64,000 bases of DNA, taken from positions 8,810,449 through 8,874,448 of the forward strand of contig CAJINV010000005.1 in NCBI GenBank assembly GCA_905178155.1. Direction: 5' to 3'. Of this stretch, positions 1 through 12,962 are shown piece after piece. Within the stretch, counting starts at the first letter, position 1, and each line of letters begins with the position of its first letter. Origin of the DNA: Amoebophrya sp. A120 (Eukaryota; Protista; Dinoflagellata). The translations under genes and the position numbers were made by a program. The notes beneath the pieces were generated by a model. It worked only from the letters and a program-made list of their open reading frames with translations. It was not told the DNA's origin and ran no database searches.

Positions 1-3000
1 ACTCCCGGCAGACAAACCTCCCAAACCACAGCCTCATGTTCGTCTTCTCCTCCTTCTGGTTGTCGTTTTTCCAGCCGTACTGGAGATTGGTCAAAAATTT
101 TCCCCACCGGGCGCTGGGGACGGACCTGGGGTGGGTGTTGTCTTGGTACAGTTTCGGAATCAGGGCTGGTTCGTTGAAGTCCAAATTCCACTTCGCGTAG
201 ATACCATTGGGAAAAATCACGGACATGACATCGACAGATGGGAAGGCTGATTGCTTCTTGTCGAATAGCCACGGGATTAACTTGTCGCTGTTGGATCGAT
301 GTTCTGCGAAAACGGCAGTAGAAGATGTTGTAATATTGGTAGTCGTGTCGGAGGTTCTACTCGCACTTGCACCTGGTACTTCTATCCCGCGGCCCGCTTC
401 TACTCCGCCGTAGACCGCAGGGGAGATATCCTGATAAAAACTTCGAGCTTCAGAAGCAAACTGCAAACGCCTTCGAACAAGCTTTCTTTGTATTTCGAGT
501 GATATCACTCGAAATACAAAGAGAGCTTGTTCGAAGGCGTTACAGCTTGCTTCTGAAGCTCGAAAGTCGGTTTGCTGGAAATCATGCAAACTGTAAAGTT
601 TGCATTTGTCATGCAAACTGTAAATAGACAATAGAATAGATATTGTCATGCAAACTGCAGAAGCTTGCACTTCTCGAGTCGACAGGTACAAGCTTTTACA
701 GTTTCCAAACAGAGAAATCTTGGCAGTTGACAACTACATGGCACGAACGGCGGGGCTTTGGAACGTTTTGCGCAACAGTTGCAGGTGGGCTCGGCGCACC
801 AGCACCAGAAGCCACGACCTCCTGATGCATCTGCGTGATCGCCCTTAATATTCGTCGACGGCAAACTAACCCGGAACGCGTGCGCGCGAAAGTCGTGTCA
901 AAAAGTGCGACACAGCACACACATTCGGAGTGCGCAGATGAGCACAAGCTGCGCACTTTTTTCGCAGCAAAAACGTCAGAAATGTGAAAAAAGCTGTATT
1001 TTTATCAGCCTAAGAATTTTGGATTTTCCTACCCCCTAGGCACATTTGCACAGGATATTGTACCTCCTCGGACGATTCTACTCCGGCGTAGACCGCAGGG
1101 GAGATATCCGAGTAGTTGTAAGTCTTGAAAAACTCCTTCAAAACCAAGAGCTGGGAGCTGTTGGTCAAAACCTTGTCGCTGACGTTGAAAGACCTCATGC
1201 CGCTTCCAAACCTTGTCGCTTCCAATACCGTCTTCCACTTCTGAAAATTATCGACATCCTTCTTTAAAATTCCCGGCGCGATGATCCAACAGGGTTCGGT
1301 CTCGGGGCGTGGGGAAAAGACTTTCCAGTTTTGCTGGAAGTTCAATGCTTGGTAAACATTTAATTCCAGCGCTTTCTTACTCAACGTGATTCTTTTCCCA
1401 AGTTCGGTTTTGTTCCCCTCCTGTTCGTCGGAGCAGAAAGACGCAGAGTGCGCCAGCGGACTGCAATCGTACAAGACGTGGCCGTTGATCCAGCAAATTA
1501 GGAAAACGACGACGAAGGACCAGAACAGAGCGGAAAGGCGGGTGAGGAAGGGGATAGGGGTCGGAACAATAGAAGGTCCTATTGCGTCAACTGCACGACC
1601 GTGGAAGTGGTTGTCAGAGGCAGCTTCAGACGTTGACGAAGATGTTCTTGAAGCTGTTTTCGTCCTCGCACCGTTCGCCGGTTCAGTTTCTATTCTGCTG
1701 ATCTTTTTTCGCGTACTAGATGATGTTGAAGTTGACCTCTTATCTTTCTTGCCGCAACACGACAGTCTCGTCGCACGACAAGCCGTTCCAGCCAAAACGT
1801 CCGCAATTGTTATGAACTGCAAAAGTATCGTACTCGTATAAATGCATTTACAAATTTCCTCAGCGTGAGAAAAACATTTGTAATGCGGATTTGCTTCAAG
1901 AACAAGATTTGTAATGCATGACTGCAATACGAGTACGATACTTGCACAAGATAATCATCTTTGCGTACCCGTTCGGCAGAAACACGACCAACACCGACAT
2001 GTTGATCAGAGTGACTGACCTATGCTGTGCAAAAGTATCGTACTCGTACTAGTTGCAAATATGCATGACAAATCTCTCTCCTAAGTTAAAACAGCATTAC
2101 AAATTCCACTTTTCTTCTTGCAAAAATTTGTAATGCAATTTATACTAGTACGTTACTTTTGCACGACAGCATATGACCCAAGGTCAATCAAAACACAAAT
2201 TCCCGCGTGGAACGACATCAAAATCAAAACGCCGAGAAACTGGGAGAAGTGCCAGCCGGCTAACAGTAATTTCGGGAATTTTCCGTTCCCGAAAAACCCG
2301 AGAGCGGTCAATTGCTTCAACACCGGCAATATGCATTGCAAAAGCATCTTAATACTAGTACAAATTGCATTACAAATTTGCTCAGCATGACAAATGCAAT
2401 TTGTAATGCTGTTTTTCCTTAGGAAGAAGATTTGTCATGCATGTTTGCAATTCGTACGAGTACGATACTTTTGCACGGGATAGGCAAGACGGCAAAAACC
2501 GCAGCGGAAACGCCGACCATCGTGGGTTTCGTCACGCCGCCAGCCAGTTTCTATCCTGTGCAAAAGTATCGCACTCGTAGTAATTGCAGTTATGCATTAC
2601 AAATTTTTTTCCTAAGGTCAATCAGCATTACAAATTCCATTTCTCATGCGGAGGAAATTTGTAATGCAATTCATACTAGTTCTAGTACGATACTTTTGCA
2701 ATGCATAGTTTTAACAAGTAGACGACGAGGTTGGAATCCAAAAGGTAGTCCGTGTAGGAATACTTGAAATACGGGACTTGTGCGGCGAGGAGGGGGGCGG
2801 AGCCGTCTTTCCACTTCCAGGTGATGTCCGTTTTAAACCACATGGTGAAAAAGTAGAGTTTGTCCTGTGCAAAGATCTTTATTTGCAGAAAACTCTACTT
2901 GTTTTGGGAGCAGTTCTTTTGTATTCTTCTGATATAGTTTGCAATTCGCTGAAACTCCAGCGATTTGCCCATCCCTCCTGCATAGCTGCGTCCGACCATC

Positions 3001-6000
3001 AGTGCCCGAAGCCGTGTGGAGGGATGGCCGTTCGCTCCTGTTTTAAGTTCACTTCTGCAAGGCAGCTTTTTGCAGAAATTTTTGTAGAAGAAAATCTTTT
3101 CTGTCCCGTTCTCGAAACAGGAGCGAACAATCCATCCCTCCACACGGACAGTCACCTACCACCCGTGCCCGAAGCTGTGTGGAGGGATGGCCATTCGCTC
3201 CTGTTTCAAGTTCACTTCTGCAAGGCAGCTCTTTGCAGAAATTTATAGTAGAAGAGAATCTTTTCTGTCCCGTTCTCTGAACAGGAGCGGACATTCCATC
3301 CCTCCACACGGACAGTCACCTACCACCCGTGGTCGAAGCCGTGTGGAGGGATGGCCATTCGCTCCTGTTTCAAGTTCACTTCTTGAATGCAGCTTTTTGC
3401 AGAAATTTTTGTAGAAGCGAATCTTTTTCAGTCCCATTCTCGAAACAGGAGCGGACAATCCATCCCTCCACACGGACAATCACCTACCATTCGTGCCCGA
3501 AGCCGTGTGGAGGGATGGCCATTCCGTCCTGTTTCACGTTCACTTCTGCAAGGCAGCTTTTTTCAGAAATTTATAGTAGAAGAAAATTTTTTCTGTCCCA
3601 TTCTCGAAACAGGAGCGCAAAGTCCATCCCTCCACAAGGACAGTCACCTACCATCCGTGCCGGACGCCGTGTGGAGGGATGGCCACTCGCTCCTGTTTCA
3701 AGTTCGATTCTGCAAGGCAGCTTTTTTCAGAAATTTTAGTAACAGAGAATTTTTTCTAACCCATTCTCGAAACAGGAGCGGACAATCCATCCCTCCACAC
3801 GGACAATCACCTACCATCCGTGCCCGAAGCCGTGTGGAGGGATGGCCATTCGCTCCTGTTTCAAGTTCACTTCTGCAAGGCAGCTTTTTTCAGAAATTTT
3901 TGTAGAAGAGAGTCTTTTTCTGTCCCATTCTCGAAACAGGAGCGGACAATCCATCCCTCCACACGTACAGTCGCCTACCATCCGTGCCCGAAGGCGTGTG
4001 GAGGGATGGCCATTCGCCCCTGTTTCAAGTTCACTTCTGCAATGCAGCTTTTTTCAGAAATTTATAGTAGAAGAAAATTTTTACTGTCCCACTCTCGAAA
4101 CAGGAGCGGACAATCCATCCCTCCACACGGACAGTCACCTACCATCCGTGCCCGGAGCCGTGTGGAAGGGTGGCCATTCGCCCCTGTTTCAAGTTCGAAT
4201 CTGCAACGCAGCTTTCTGCAGAAATTTTAGTGAAAGAAAATTTTTTCTGTCTCATTCTCGAAATAGGAGCGGACAATCCATCCCTCCACACGGACAGTCA
4301 GCTACCATCCGTGCCCAAACCCGTGTGGAGGGATGACCATTCGCTCCTGTTTCAAGTTCACTTCGCCAAGGCAGCTTTTTGCAGAACTTTTCGTAACAGG
4401 AAATTTTTTCTGTCCCATTCTCGAAACAGGAGCGGAAAACTCATCCCTCCACACGGACAGTCACCTACCATCCGTGCCCGAAGCCGTGTGGAGGGATGGC
4501 CATTCGCTCCTGAATCAAGTTCACTTCTGCAAGACAGCTTTTTGCAGAAATTTTAGTGGAAGAGAATCTTTTTCAGTCCCGTTCTCGAATCAGGAGCGGA
4601 CAGTCCATCCCTCCACACGGATAGTCACCTACCATCCGTGCCCGAAGCCGTGTTGGTGAATGGCCATTCGCTCCTGTTTCAAGTTCACTTCTGCAAGGCA
4701 GCTTTTTGCACCAATTTTGGTAAAAGAAAATTTTTTCTTTCTCATTCTCGAAACAGGAGCGGACAGTCTATCCCTCCACACGGACAGTCACCTACCATCC
4801 GTACCCGAAGCCGTGTGGAGGGATGGCAATTCGCTCCTTTTTCAGGTTCACTTCTGCAAGGCAGCTTTTTTCAGAAATTTTAGTATGAAGAAAACTTTTT
4901 CTGCCCCATTCTCGAAACAGGAGCGGACAGTCCATCCCTCCACACGGACAGTCACCTACCATCCGTGCCCGAAGCCGTGTGGAGGGATGGCCGTTCGCTC
5001 CTGTTTTTCATTCAATTTTTCGCCCGGCTGCTTTCTCATGCATTGCATCATGCTTGCGATCAGTTTCATGATTCTGCGACACAAGAACTTTTGCACAGGA
5101 TACAGAAGCCAAGTCTGAATGTAGAGCGCGAACGAAGCCCAGCTGGTGTAGGTTCTTGATCTTGCGTCCTCCTCCTCCTCCTGCAGTACAGATTTATTGT
5201 TCACAGCTGTCGCAGAACCAGAAGGTGTTTCTCCTGCTGTCCACTGCGCCTCGCCGAAAAACCCCTCGGAAACAACATCCTCTATTGTGCAGACCGCTTC
5301 TAAAAAAGCCGTTCTCCAGTTACTCGCCTTTCCTGTTCGGTAGAAAGTTGTCACGAATTCCAAAACAGATTGTGGCTTCTCCGGCTTCAAATTTTGCTGA
5401 CACTTCTCGATGAAGCTCTCCAACTCCTTACTCGCACCGGTAGACTCATCCGCTTCGGAGGAGGAGGAAGAAGCGGACTTTTTGTCCTTTTGCTTTTTGC
5501 TCGAGCTCGCTTTCGTCGTCGTTTGAGAAGTTGTTGTTAGTTGTACACGACCACTGCTGCTATTACTATCGCCTTTCTTGTTCCTCGTCTTGTTCCCACT
5601 GCTATTCATCTCTCTTTCTTCCTCCAAATACAGATCGGCTAGATTGCTCAGGTCGCTGATCTTTCTTCGCTTTTCCGCTAAACTGGCCCTGTGCCGCTTC
5701 AATGCACTATCCAAGCTCCACACTGCTCCGGCAGGAAACGCGGCTAAATACATCAGATACGTCCGCAGCTGGATGTCGAAGCTGGTGACGAAATTGGTGT
5801 TCCGCGCCGTCACACCAGCCCAGAGGATGTGCAAGACCAAAGCCGAGATCTGTGGTTTGTAGCCGAGGATTAAACAACCCGAAAACACCAAAGATGGAAG
5901 TCGGATGAACAGCTGCACAAACCAATTCCCGCCGAGAACAAGAAGTGGCTGCGGTAGCCCGTTCAGAGAATGCGCCACCGCTCCTTGCCGCGGCCAGACG

Positions 6001-6515
6001 CCCCGGTCGGTGAGGAACGCGTAGGTGTCGTAGGCGGAAAGTTCTCTGGTCCAGATCCAGAGTAGAGTCAGGCCGATGCAGATCCTGGACACTGCGATGG
6101 AATGGAAGTCGAGCTCGTACAGCTGGTATTTCGGTAAAACTCGTGATGTTCTTGTGGTGCTAGAAGAAGAAAACAGGTCCGGACACGTGAAGGCGAGGTA
6201 GCCGACGGAAACCGAAAGGAATGCTTCGGGGAACAAGTACTCCGATGCGAGAAGGGACACAGCGAGCACAAATGGTAGCTCGATGAAGAGTTTCGAGAGA
6301 AATCGCATCTTCGGAGAGGAAGAGCTTGTAGCCGCAGCTGCGATGGTGGTGATGTTGGGCACGCTGGCCGTCATTTTTCTCGACGACCTGGAGGTGGTGC
6401 TGTAGTCCTTGTTACCGGCGGCGGCGGCCGCGGTGGCTGGTCGGCTGGTAGTTGATGCTGCCAGCTGCGACATGCTCTTTCTTGTCGAGGGAGAGGACGG
6501 TGGGGAGGCTGTCAT
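1..6515 (-). CDS. HTTM-domain multi-pass membrane protein, 7 exons, 3' end runs off the window
   Basis: Exons 6515-5103, 2860-2708, 2551-2483, 2329-2174, 2020-1954, 1810-1058, 426-1 join in frame after removing each element plus 5 bp. HTTM-like motifs: SIAVSRICIG..FLTDRGVWPR, LGY..RN..DIQLR..FPAGAVWSLD, QTWLLYFFTMWFK..W..GSA, QQNWKVFSPRP, RWGKFLTNL. Confidence 0.8.
427..1057. mobile_element. Atypical large intronic TIR element (TATCCTG...CAGGATA)
   Basis: Short TIR, internal long palindrome and CATGCAAACTG repeats. Interrupts the HTTM CDS. No 5-bp TSD, but a 34-bp direct repeat at 398-431/1076-1109. Confidence 0.6.
440..566. repeat. Near-perfect palindrome, ~63-bp arms, no loop
   Basis: TTCGAGCTTCAGAAGCAA...GAGTGAT|ATCACTC...TTGCTTCTGAAGCTCGAA centred at 503/504. 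Confidence 0.9.
1811..1953. mobile_element. Introner family B
   Basis: TIR TAT-N4-TGCAAAAGTATCGTACTCGTA; degenerate TSD attgt/atcat; frame restored. Confidence 0.85.
2021..2173. mobile_element. Introner family B
   Basis: TIR; TSD tgacc. Confidence 0.9.
2330..2482. mobile_element. Introner family B
   Basis: TIR; TSD ggcaa. Confidence 0.9.
2552..2707. mobile_element. Introner family B
   Basis: TIR; TSD gtttc/gtttt. Confidence 0.9.
2861..5102. mobile_element. 2.2-kb intronic TIR element carrying a tandem array
   Basis: Ends TGTCCTGTGCAAAG / CTTTTGCACAGGATA; removal plus 5 bp gives WLL|YFFTMWFK in frame. Confidence 0.8.
2950..5007. repeat. Tandem array of 13 units of ~163-165 bp, each with a long hairpin
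   Basis: CCATCCCTCC recurs near 2969, 3132, 3295, 3460, 3624, 3787, 3951, 4115, 4277, 4441, 4605, 4768, 4933. Unit IR: GAAACAGGAGCG..CCATCCCTCCACACGG / CCGTGTGGAGGGATGG..CGCTCCTGTTTC. Confidence 0.95.
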
Positions 6516-9490
6516 GAGCTCATGGCGCCGTTGGTGACCTGCATTCTAGTGAAGATGAGTACAACTTGCAGCTGGGCCAGAGCTAAGTACTTCTACAACA
6601 AGGAAGTCATATTCAACCCTGTCTAGGTAGCAGCTGTCGCTGCAACCGCAGCTGGACAACAATAATTACTTTACTCCACTGTCTCTCCAACCAAGAAATC
6701 TTAGTTTACGACTCCTGCACGATCTTCCTCCAACTATAGTGGCCTCAACTCACTCTTCTAACGAAAACGACTCAATATTTCACGTTTCACGACACAGAGC
6801 TTTTGTCGCACTGTATGCTTTCCCTCCATACAGCAATTATATCACTCCGTCGACTTTTCGCTTGACATCAGACCCACCGCTATATTGGAAAGGGATCTCA
6901 ATCCCGAACAGAGTACTCGCCAGGCCTTGACCTTGTGTGCTTCGTCGCACTTGCTGCGGATTATTTTTGGTTGTTTTTCTTTTTTCTGCGAAAGTCAAAG
7001 TAATAAACGCTAGAGCTGTAAAGAAAAATTTCGAAAAAGAAAGGAAGAGTCAACCTTACCAAATCCGCTTGGGCGCCAACATCATTTTCCTCTGGCTTCA
7101 AGTTTTCGTACGAAAAAGCAGTCCTCTGGCTGAAATTTTCAAGATTTGAAATAATCAGCGTAGTAGCAGCCCTAGTAGTGGGGAGGAATACAGTAGGTGT
7201 CATTCTCCTCTGAAAGACATGAAATACTCTAGGTGTAAATCGTCGTCGTCCCATACAGGTTTTAATGGTCGTTGTTCCTTACAGAAAGGTGTACTTTCAA
7301 GCGCGATGAGTAATTCTCACTCGCCGCTTGGTCTAACGCCATTTACAGTTCGGTAAAGTGTGCTATTCTAAAGTCAAGATTTGAAGACCAACTTTGTGGT
7401 GGGTGATACTACGAAGAACAATTTTACCTTACGCTATCTGAGATTACGATTAGTGCGAGTATATCTAGGTCTAGCAGTGAAATAATGGAAACTCGGTTCT
7501 CGACCGAGCTTGTTGAGCCGCGAATTCATACCTGAAGTGAAGAAATTGAAATACCAATGGTGCTGATGAAATTATTTGGCAGAAAAGAACCGCTTATCTC
7601 GCCGGGAAGTTGTAACAAGTAGCATAAAATAAATCTTCTGATGTGTCGGAAAGAGTAGATAACGATGAGCAATGCTTGATACTTCTGAGACAGTAAAAAT
7701 TTTACGTTTTGTAGTTTTGCTTTTGATTTTTTCGCAGATTAGTGAATGTGAATTACTCAGGTTTTCCAATTTTCGAAAGATGATACTTTGTGCAGTTTCA
7801 AGAGCCTGTTTCCTTCTATCACCACCTCTACTAGGACTTTCCGCCCGTTCAGAGCAACAATAGGGAGCCCTTGCCGCATTTTTGTACTATTTCAAATTGA
7901 ATAAAGATACTAGTGGCACGCGTCAGCTGCCTCCTCTTCGCCGCGTGCACTATTGTAGTGCTAATTGATGTAGTTTTCATCACTATCGCTATTTTTGCTC
8001 AGTAGTACTTGCTCTATCAATTCAAAGCTGCGTCCTTCAACATTGATTTATTCGAGTACATTTTCGTTTTTACTCTTTCGCCATATTTCATTTCCAGTTC
8101 CTGAAAGGAAAAGAGTCATATCATCTTACTTTATGTAGCTGTTGCTACTTGTTGTTTGCTAGCGAATCGCTACGATCTTTCTATCAAAATTCGTTGCAGA
8201 GAGGCAAAAAGTTTTGAAACAGAAACTGAGCTCTACGCAACCTGTCACAGCTGGAAGAAGCGACTCTCCCAATACTGTGAGAAGCTGCAAGAATTTCAAT
8301 ACGACCCTCTGCGGTAGTGTGATGCGATGATGTGGTAGTGTTTTTCAACAGCTATATTGACTTTTCCATGTCCGATTCTGGACTGCCAGGGCCACCTATT
8401 CCTGTAGAATCTATTGCGGTCCTAGCAGTTGCTAGGCTAAGCATTGTTTGTGTTTCTTCGAAGCAGATTTTTCTCATCACGGCTTCTTATTTCCATACCA
8501 GATTTTTCGCTGTCGCGAATTTTTTCCTATCTGCTTTTCATCCTGAAGAGCGATTTGTAGAAGTTGCGCTAGTCTGGCGTCGTACGAAAAACAATAATAA
8601 TTCGTTCTACTAGTACAACTCCTTTTTGAAGAAGCTTTCGCTTGCTATCCATGCGGATACTTCGGCGGGGAGCCGCTTCTAGGAAATAGTTTTGCGAAAA
8701 TCTTCGCAGCTACTAGCTTCTGAGGTTCGCTTGTCGTGTCTACGAATAGGTAGCTATGTTGCTGTTGTTCTAGGACTAGGACAGGCTATTTTCGATTTCT
8801 TGCTGAAAAGCACAGTTCTTTTTAGCTCCAAACGGATGGATTTCCGATTATAAAACAAGTACTTATTGGGACGCTGCAGTGCCAAATGTCGGAATACTGC
8901 ACCGGACACCTGCGCGTCTTCAAATACATTTCTCCTGAAATTCAAAGTAGTCAATTTATCTCGTGCCTCTTCTTCGGGAGTATATCTAGTCGAGATAAAA
9001 AATCGCTGAGTGTACAAAGTGGAAGTTGTGAAACGATCTACAGAAGCAAAGTCAGTGGAAAAGAGTTTAAGTCTCAAAATTACAATTCTCGTCAGATCTA
9101 CTAAAATCGAAATTTGACAAACGATGGCACTTGTCATCGAAAAGAAGTGTAAGAAAAAGAAATCTGTTAGACACGAATCCTCTCACATCACTAGGAGTAA
9201 CTCAGTGCTGCTATGGGACAACTCGCAAGATGAAACATTTGCATTTCGGAAAATCATAGGTACCTTTTCGACCGTAAGAAGATGAAAAAGTTGGAAAATA
9301 GCAGCTCAACACAAGATTGTCGCGAGAGCAGATGAAGCAAATCTCAAAAAGTGTGGATTCGCGCTGGGACACGACTTCTAGTGGAGCTCGGCTAGAGAAA
9401 TAAACTTCTTCGTTCTTCTTTCTTCTTCATAAGAGTCTAATTTATGGGAAATCCGTCTAGAAGCTGCTCTCTTACGCGAGACTCACGCTA

Positions 9491-10350
9491 TTAATTACTA
9501 CTGGATGTAGTTGTGGCTGAAGAAGTTGAGGTCATAGTCGAGGCCGGCACCGATCCGTTGTTCCAGGAAGAGGAACCGTAACCGTTGTATGAGGACCAGC
9601 TACTGTTACTGTACACACCAGTTGAAGACGACGGGGTCCAGGTGTAACCGCTGCTCCAGCTGCCAGTCGAGCTCGGAGTCGGGTAGGAGCTCTGCTGTCC
9701 TCCGCCATACCAGTTCTGCTGACCAGCCTGTCGCCCGGCGGAGTTGTAGTTGTTGTTGGCGCGGTTGTAGGAGGTGTTGTTCTGGTACTGCTGCCGGGGA
9801 GCGGCCCGAGTGCGATTGTACTGTCCATGGCTGCTGCGGTAGTTTTCGTAGCGGTAGGGCCGTGGGACGCCTCTGTATGAACTGCAAAAGCATCGTACTC
9901 GTATAAATGCATTACAAGTTTCCTCAGCATGAGAAATAAAATTTGTAATGCGCATTTACCTTAAGAAAAAGATTTGTAATGCATGACTGCAATACGAGTA
10001 GGATACTGTTGCACAGGATACTCTGGGACCGGACTCGACGTCAAACGCGGGCTGACACAGGTAACCGCTATGCATTGCAAAAGCATCGCGCTCGTAGTAA
10101 TTGTCATTGAAATTATGCATGACAAATCTTCTTCTTAAGCTAAAACAGCATGACAGATTCCGTTTCTCATGCTGAGCTAATTTGTATATGCAATTACTAC
10201 TAGTAACGATGTTTTTGCACTGCATAACCGCAATTCCCTTGCAGCTTCACAATCTTCACAATGGTATCAATGGGAGACTGCGTGACCAGTGTAAGCAGCT
10301 TGGTCTCGTGGAAGACGGTTTCCGAAAGCCGCTTGTTGTAGTAGGCCTGT
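9491..10350 (-). CDS. 3' exons of an unknown protein with a Y/N/S/G-rich low-complexity C-terminus; probable 5' exons at ~15219-15558
   Basis: Exons ~10350-10227, 10068-10021, 9875-9491 splice to QQAYYNKRLSETVFHETK..GNCGYLCQPAFDVESGPRGVPRPYRY.. Confidence 0.6.
9876..10020. mobile_element. Introner family B
   Basis: TIR; TSD ctctg. Confidence 0.9.
10069..10226. mobile_element. Introner family B
   Basis: TIR; TSD accgc. Confidence 0.9.
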
Positions 10351-11170
10351 TGTGATCATGGGGATAAGATTTGGATTTCTAGATGGTGACTACACGACTT
10401 TGCATTTTTACATGCGAACGGTTGCTGCAGGGCAAAAATGCTTCCTCTGCGGCCCAATTGCTCTGAACTATTCCTTTTCTTCTGGTTACACTATGACTAG
10501 CTGTGCTTGTATTGTATGCCGGCACGGGATAAACTATGAGGAAATACCTTGATCTTCGTCTTCAACGTTGACAGGTTGAAGCCCTCGGGGTACCGGGTCA
10601 AAAGCAAGTATACCCGCAAAATTCTGTCTCGATTAGGACCTGCATTAGATAAAAAATCTGTAGTTAGACCGATAAGTGAAATAAACATCTTCGAATCAAG
10701 TTCGGTTCGATAATGAAGTTGTGCATAGATTGATGCGAAGGAATACACAGAGCCCCGCCGATTGCCCCCGGAACACGTGGCTTTGTTTTTACAGATTTTC
10801 TTGCAGCCTAGATTCAGAATTTTACTGGCATAAGTCGGCGAGGAGGTACTTCAACTCTTCCATCGATTGAATATAACTCGAAGAACCGGTGTGCCTCTGG
10901 TTCGCCGCAGAGGCCGTTGGGACACCGTAAATCGCTGAGAGTTAAGTTTTTCATGACATTTTCACAAAAAATATGCTCCAAATTCTTTTAGATGTCCGCC
11001 ATGATCGAGGACCGATAAAACGATGATCGGAACAAAATCTACAAGGTGCAAAGGCATTGAAATTGACTACAAATCGTTCTTGAGGGAAAAAACCTATACC
11101 ATTATGGTATTTTCCGCAGGCCTGGGCGGGGAGTAACAAGTTGTTCTCGTAGTGAAGGAGGTCCCTCTGA

Positions 11171-11382
11171 TATCCAAGAAAAAAACACTGTTAGTGTAAG
11201 TTTATTGTGGTGCGCAACGTGCAAGATGATTGCGTCTGTCATGCTGGAAATGCGTTGTAGGGTCCATTCAGCTGCGTTTTTCAGTACTATCTGCGCATGA
11301 CAGGTTTTGCCCTCATGCCACACAGATTTGTCATGCAGTTCCTCCAAAAAAATACGCCTGCAGTCTTTTTTTTTTTTGGATA
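11171..11382. mobile_element. Introner family D
   Basis: TIR TATCCAAGAAAAAAAC; TSD tctga. Confidence 0.85.
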
Positions 11383-11415
11383 TCTGAATCGCCAACTCCA
11401 CCACGTGGCAGACCT

Positions 11416-11680
11416 TATCAACTGCAAAAGTGCCTGGGTCTGGAAGATTCTGACACCTGTCATGCACGTTTTGCATGAGCCATGATGTCTGTGATCCATA
11501 CCCTAGCAATACAGATTTTTTGAGGGCTTCCTGATGCCTATTCCGCATGACAAATGCCTTCTCAGCGTAGCAAAATAAATTGCATTGCCTTCGGTACTCA
11601 TGCAATACAGATTTTTTTGGAATCCAAACGCAGCATGACAAGTGGCATTCAACCAGACCCAGACATTATTACACTTGATA
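11416..11680. mobile_element. Introner family A
   Basis: TIR TATCAA..TGTCTGGGTCTGG; TSD gacct. Confidence 0.9.
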
Positions 11681-11967
11681 GACCTCTCCAAGAGTCAAAT
11701 CCTTGAAGAATTCACTCTATGAAGATGAAAATCACTGCCACATCTCATTTCTGTTTCTCGGTTTTATCAAAAATTGCAGTTTAACCTATGGAGAAGCGCC
11801 TGCCTGATATATCTCATCACAATTGCAGAAAACCAGGCTCTTTACATAATTATTACTTAGCTGCATGATTTCCAGAGGCGTAGGACGCCGAGTTTTCAAC
11901 ATCTTCATAGTAATTCCCTTTTATACAGGTCCACCGCCATGCCGTATCTTCCTCTGTGGAAGGAGGA

Positions 11968-12162
11968 TATCCAAGGAAAAATAAAGCATCACTGTCGTAA
12001 ATTTGTGTTGCAGAAAATGGGCCATACAGGGACGACTTGTCATGACAAAGAAAAATACAAACTGAAGCTTTCAGTTGCGCAAAGAGTCTAAATTTCGGCA
12101 GCACGAAGGAGCCAGGAAAGAATGCAAAAAATCACAGCAATGCTTTTTCTTTTCCTTGGATA
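11968..12162. mobile_element. Introner, family D-like
   Basis: TIR TATCCAAGGAAAA..AAAGCAT; no TSD visible. Confidence 0.7.
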
Positions 12163-12306
12163 CTAACTCCGGTAGGATTCTGCTGTGGTATTGTTGGACA
12201 TGGAATGCAAATGCTACCTATCTTTATTGTTATTCTTCACAAAAAACACTATACTGCAGCTACGACCATGGCAAGCTACGCCGACACATTGCCACAAAAA
12301 TGAAAA

Positions 12307-12568
12307 TATCAAATGCAAAAATGTCTGGGTCTGGAAGGTTAGAACTTGTCATGCTAAATCTCAATGATGCAAAAATCTGTGTTGCGTGAGTACCAAAAGC
12401 TGTCCGCTTTTGACCAACTTGAGGGGGAGTCTCTCATGCAGGAAAGGCATGATAAAGACCTCAAGAAATCTGTCATGCTGGGTCTCGCATTCCAGACCTC
12501 ATGGGTCATGGAAAACCTGCATCACAAATCTTGCATTCTTCCAGACCCCGATATTTTTACATTTGATA
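12307..12568. mobile_element. Introner family A
   Basis: TIR; TSD gaaaa/gagaa. Confidence 0.9.
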
Positions 12569-12638
12569 GAGAAATGCTCTAAATATACCTGTCTGGACTG
12601 GCTCTGGAATGTTTCGATCATCGAACCAAGGTAGGTCT

Positions 12639-12901
12639 TATCAAATGTAAAAGTGTCTGGGTCAGGAAGGTTGGAACTTGTGATGCTAACTTTGGACTCC
12701 AAAAAAATCTGTATTGCGTGACCAGCTAGAGGAGTCTAGTTTGTGCTACGCGGGGAGGGTATTTGTCATGCGGAGTAGGAATCAGGAAGGGTTCTGAAAA
12801 TCTGTGATGGTAGGGCATACATCACAAACAATCCTGGGTCATGCAAAATATGCATGACAAACCCTGCAACACTCCAGACCCAGACACTTTTGCATTTCAT
12901 A
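12639..12901. mobile_element. Introner family A
   Basis: TIR; TSD ggtct. Confidence 0.9.
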
Positions 12902-12962
12902 GGTCTCAAACCCATCCCACACGTCCTTCCCATACGGATCGGCATTGCTGGTTGGATCGACG

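Noticed and set aside
2950-5007. CRISPR array
   Set aside because: The inter-hairpin segments are homologous to each other rather than unique spacers, the unit is ~164 bp, there are no cas genes and the context is eukaryotic.
2778-5118. ORFs over the tandem array
   Set aside because: They occur in all frames with frequent frameshifts and are by-products of the repeat.
6600-9480. Short ORFs and a protein-like fragment near 8200-8315
   Set aside because: No recognisable motif and no consistent frame; treated as intergenic.
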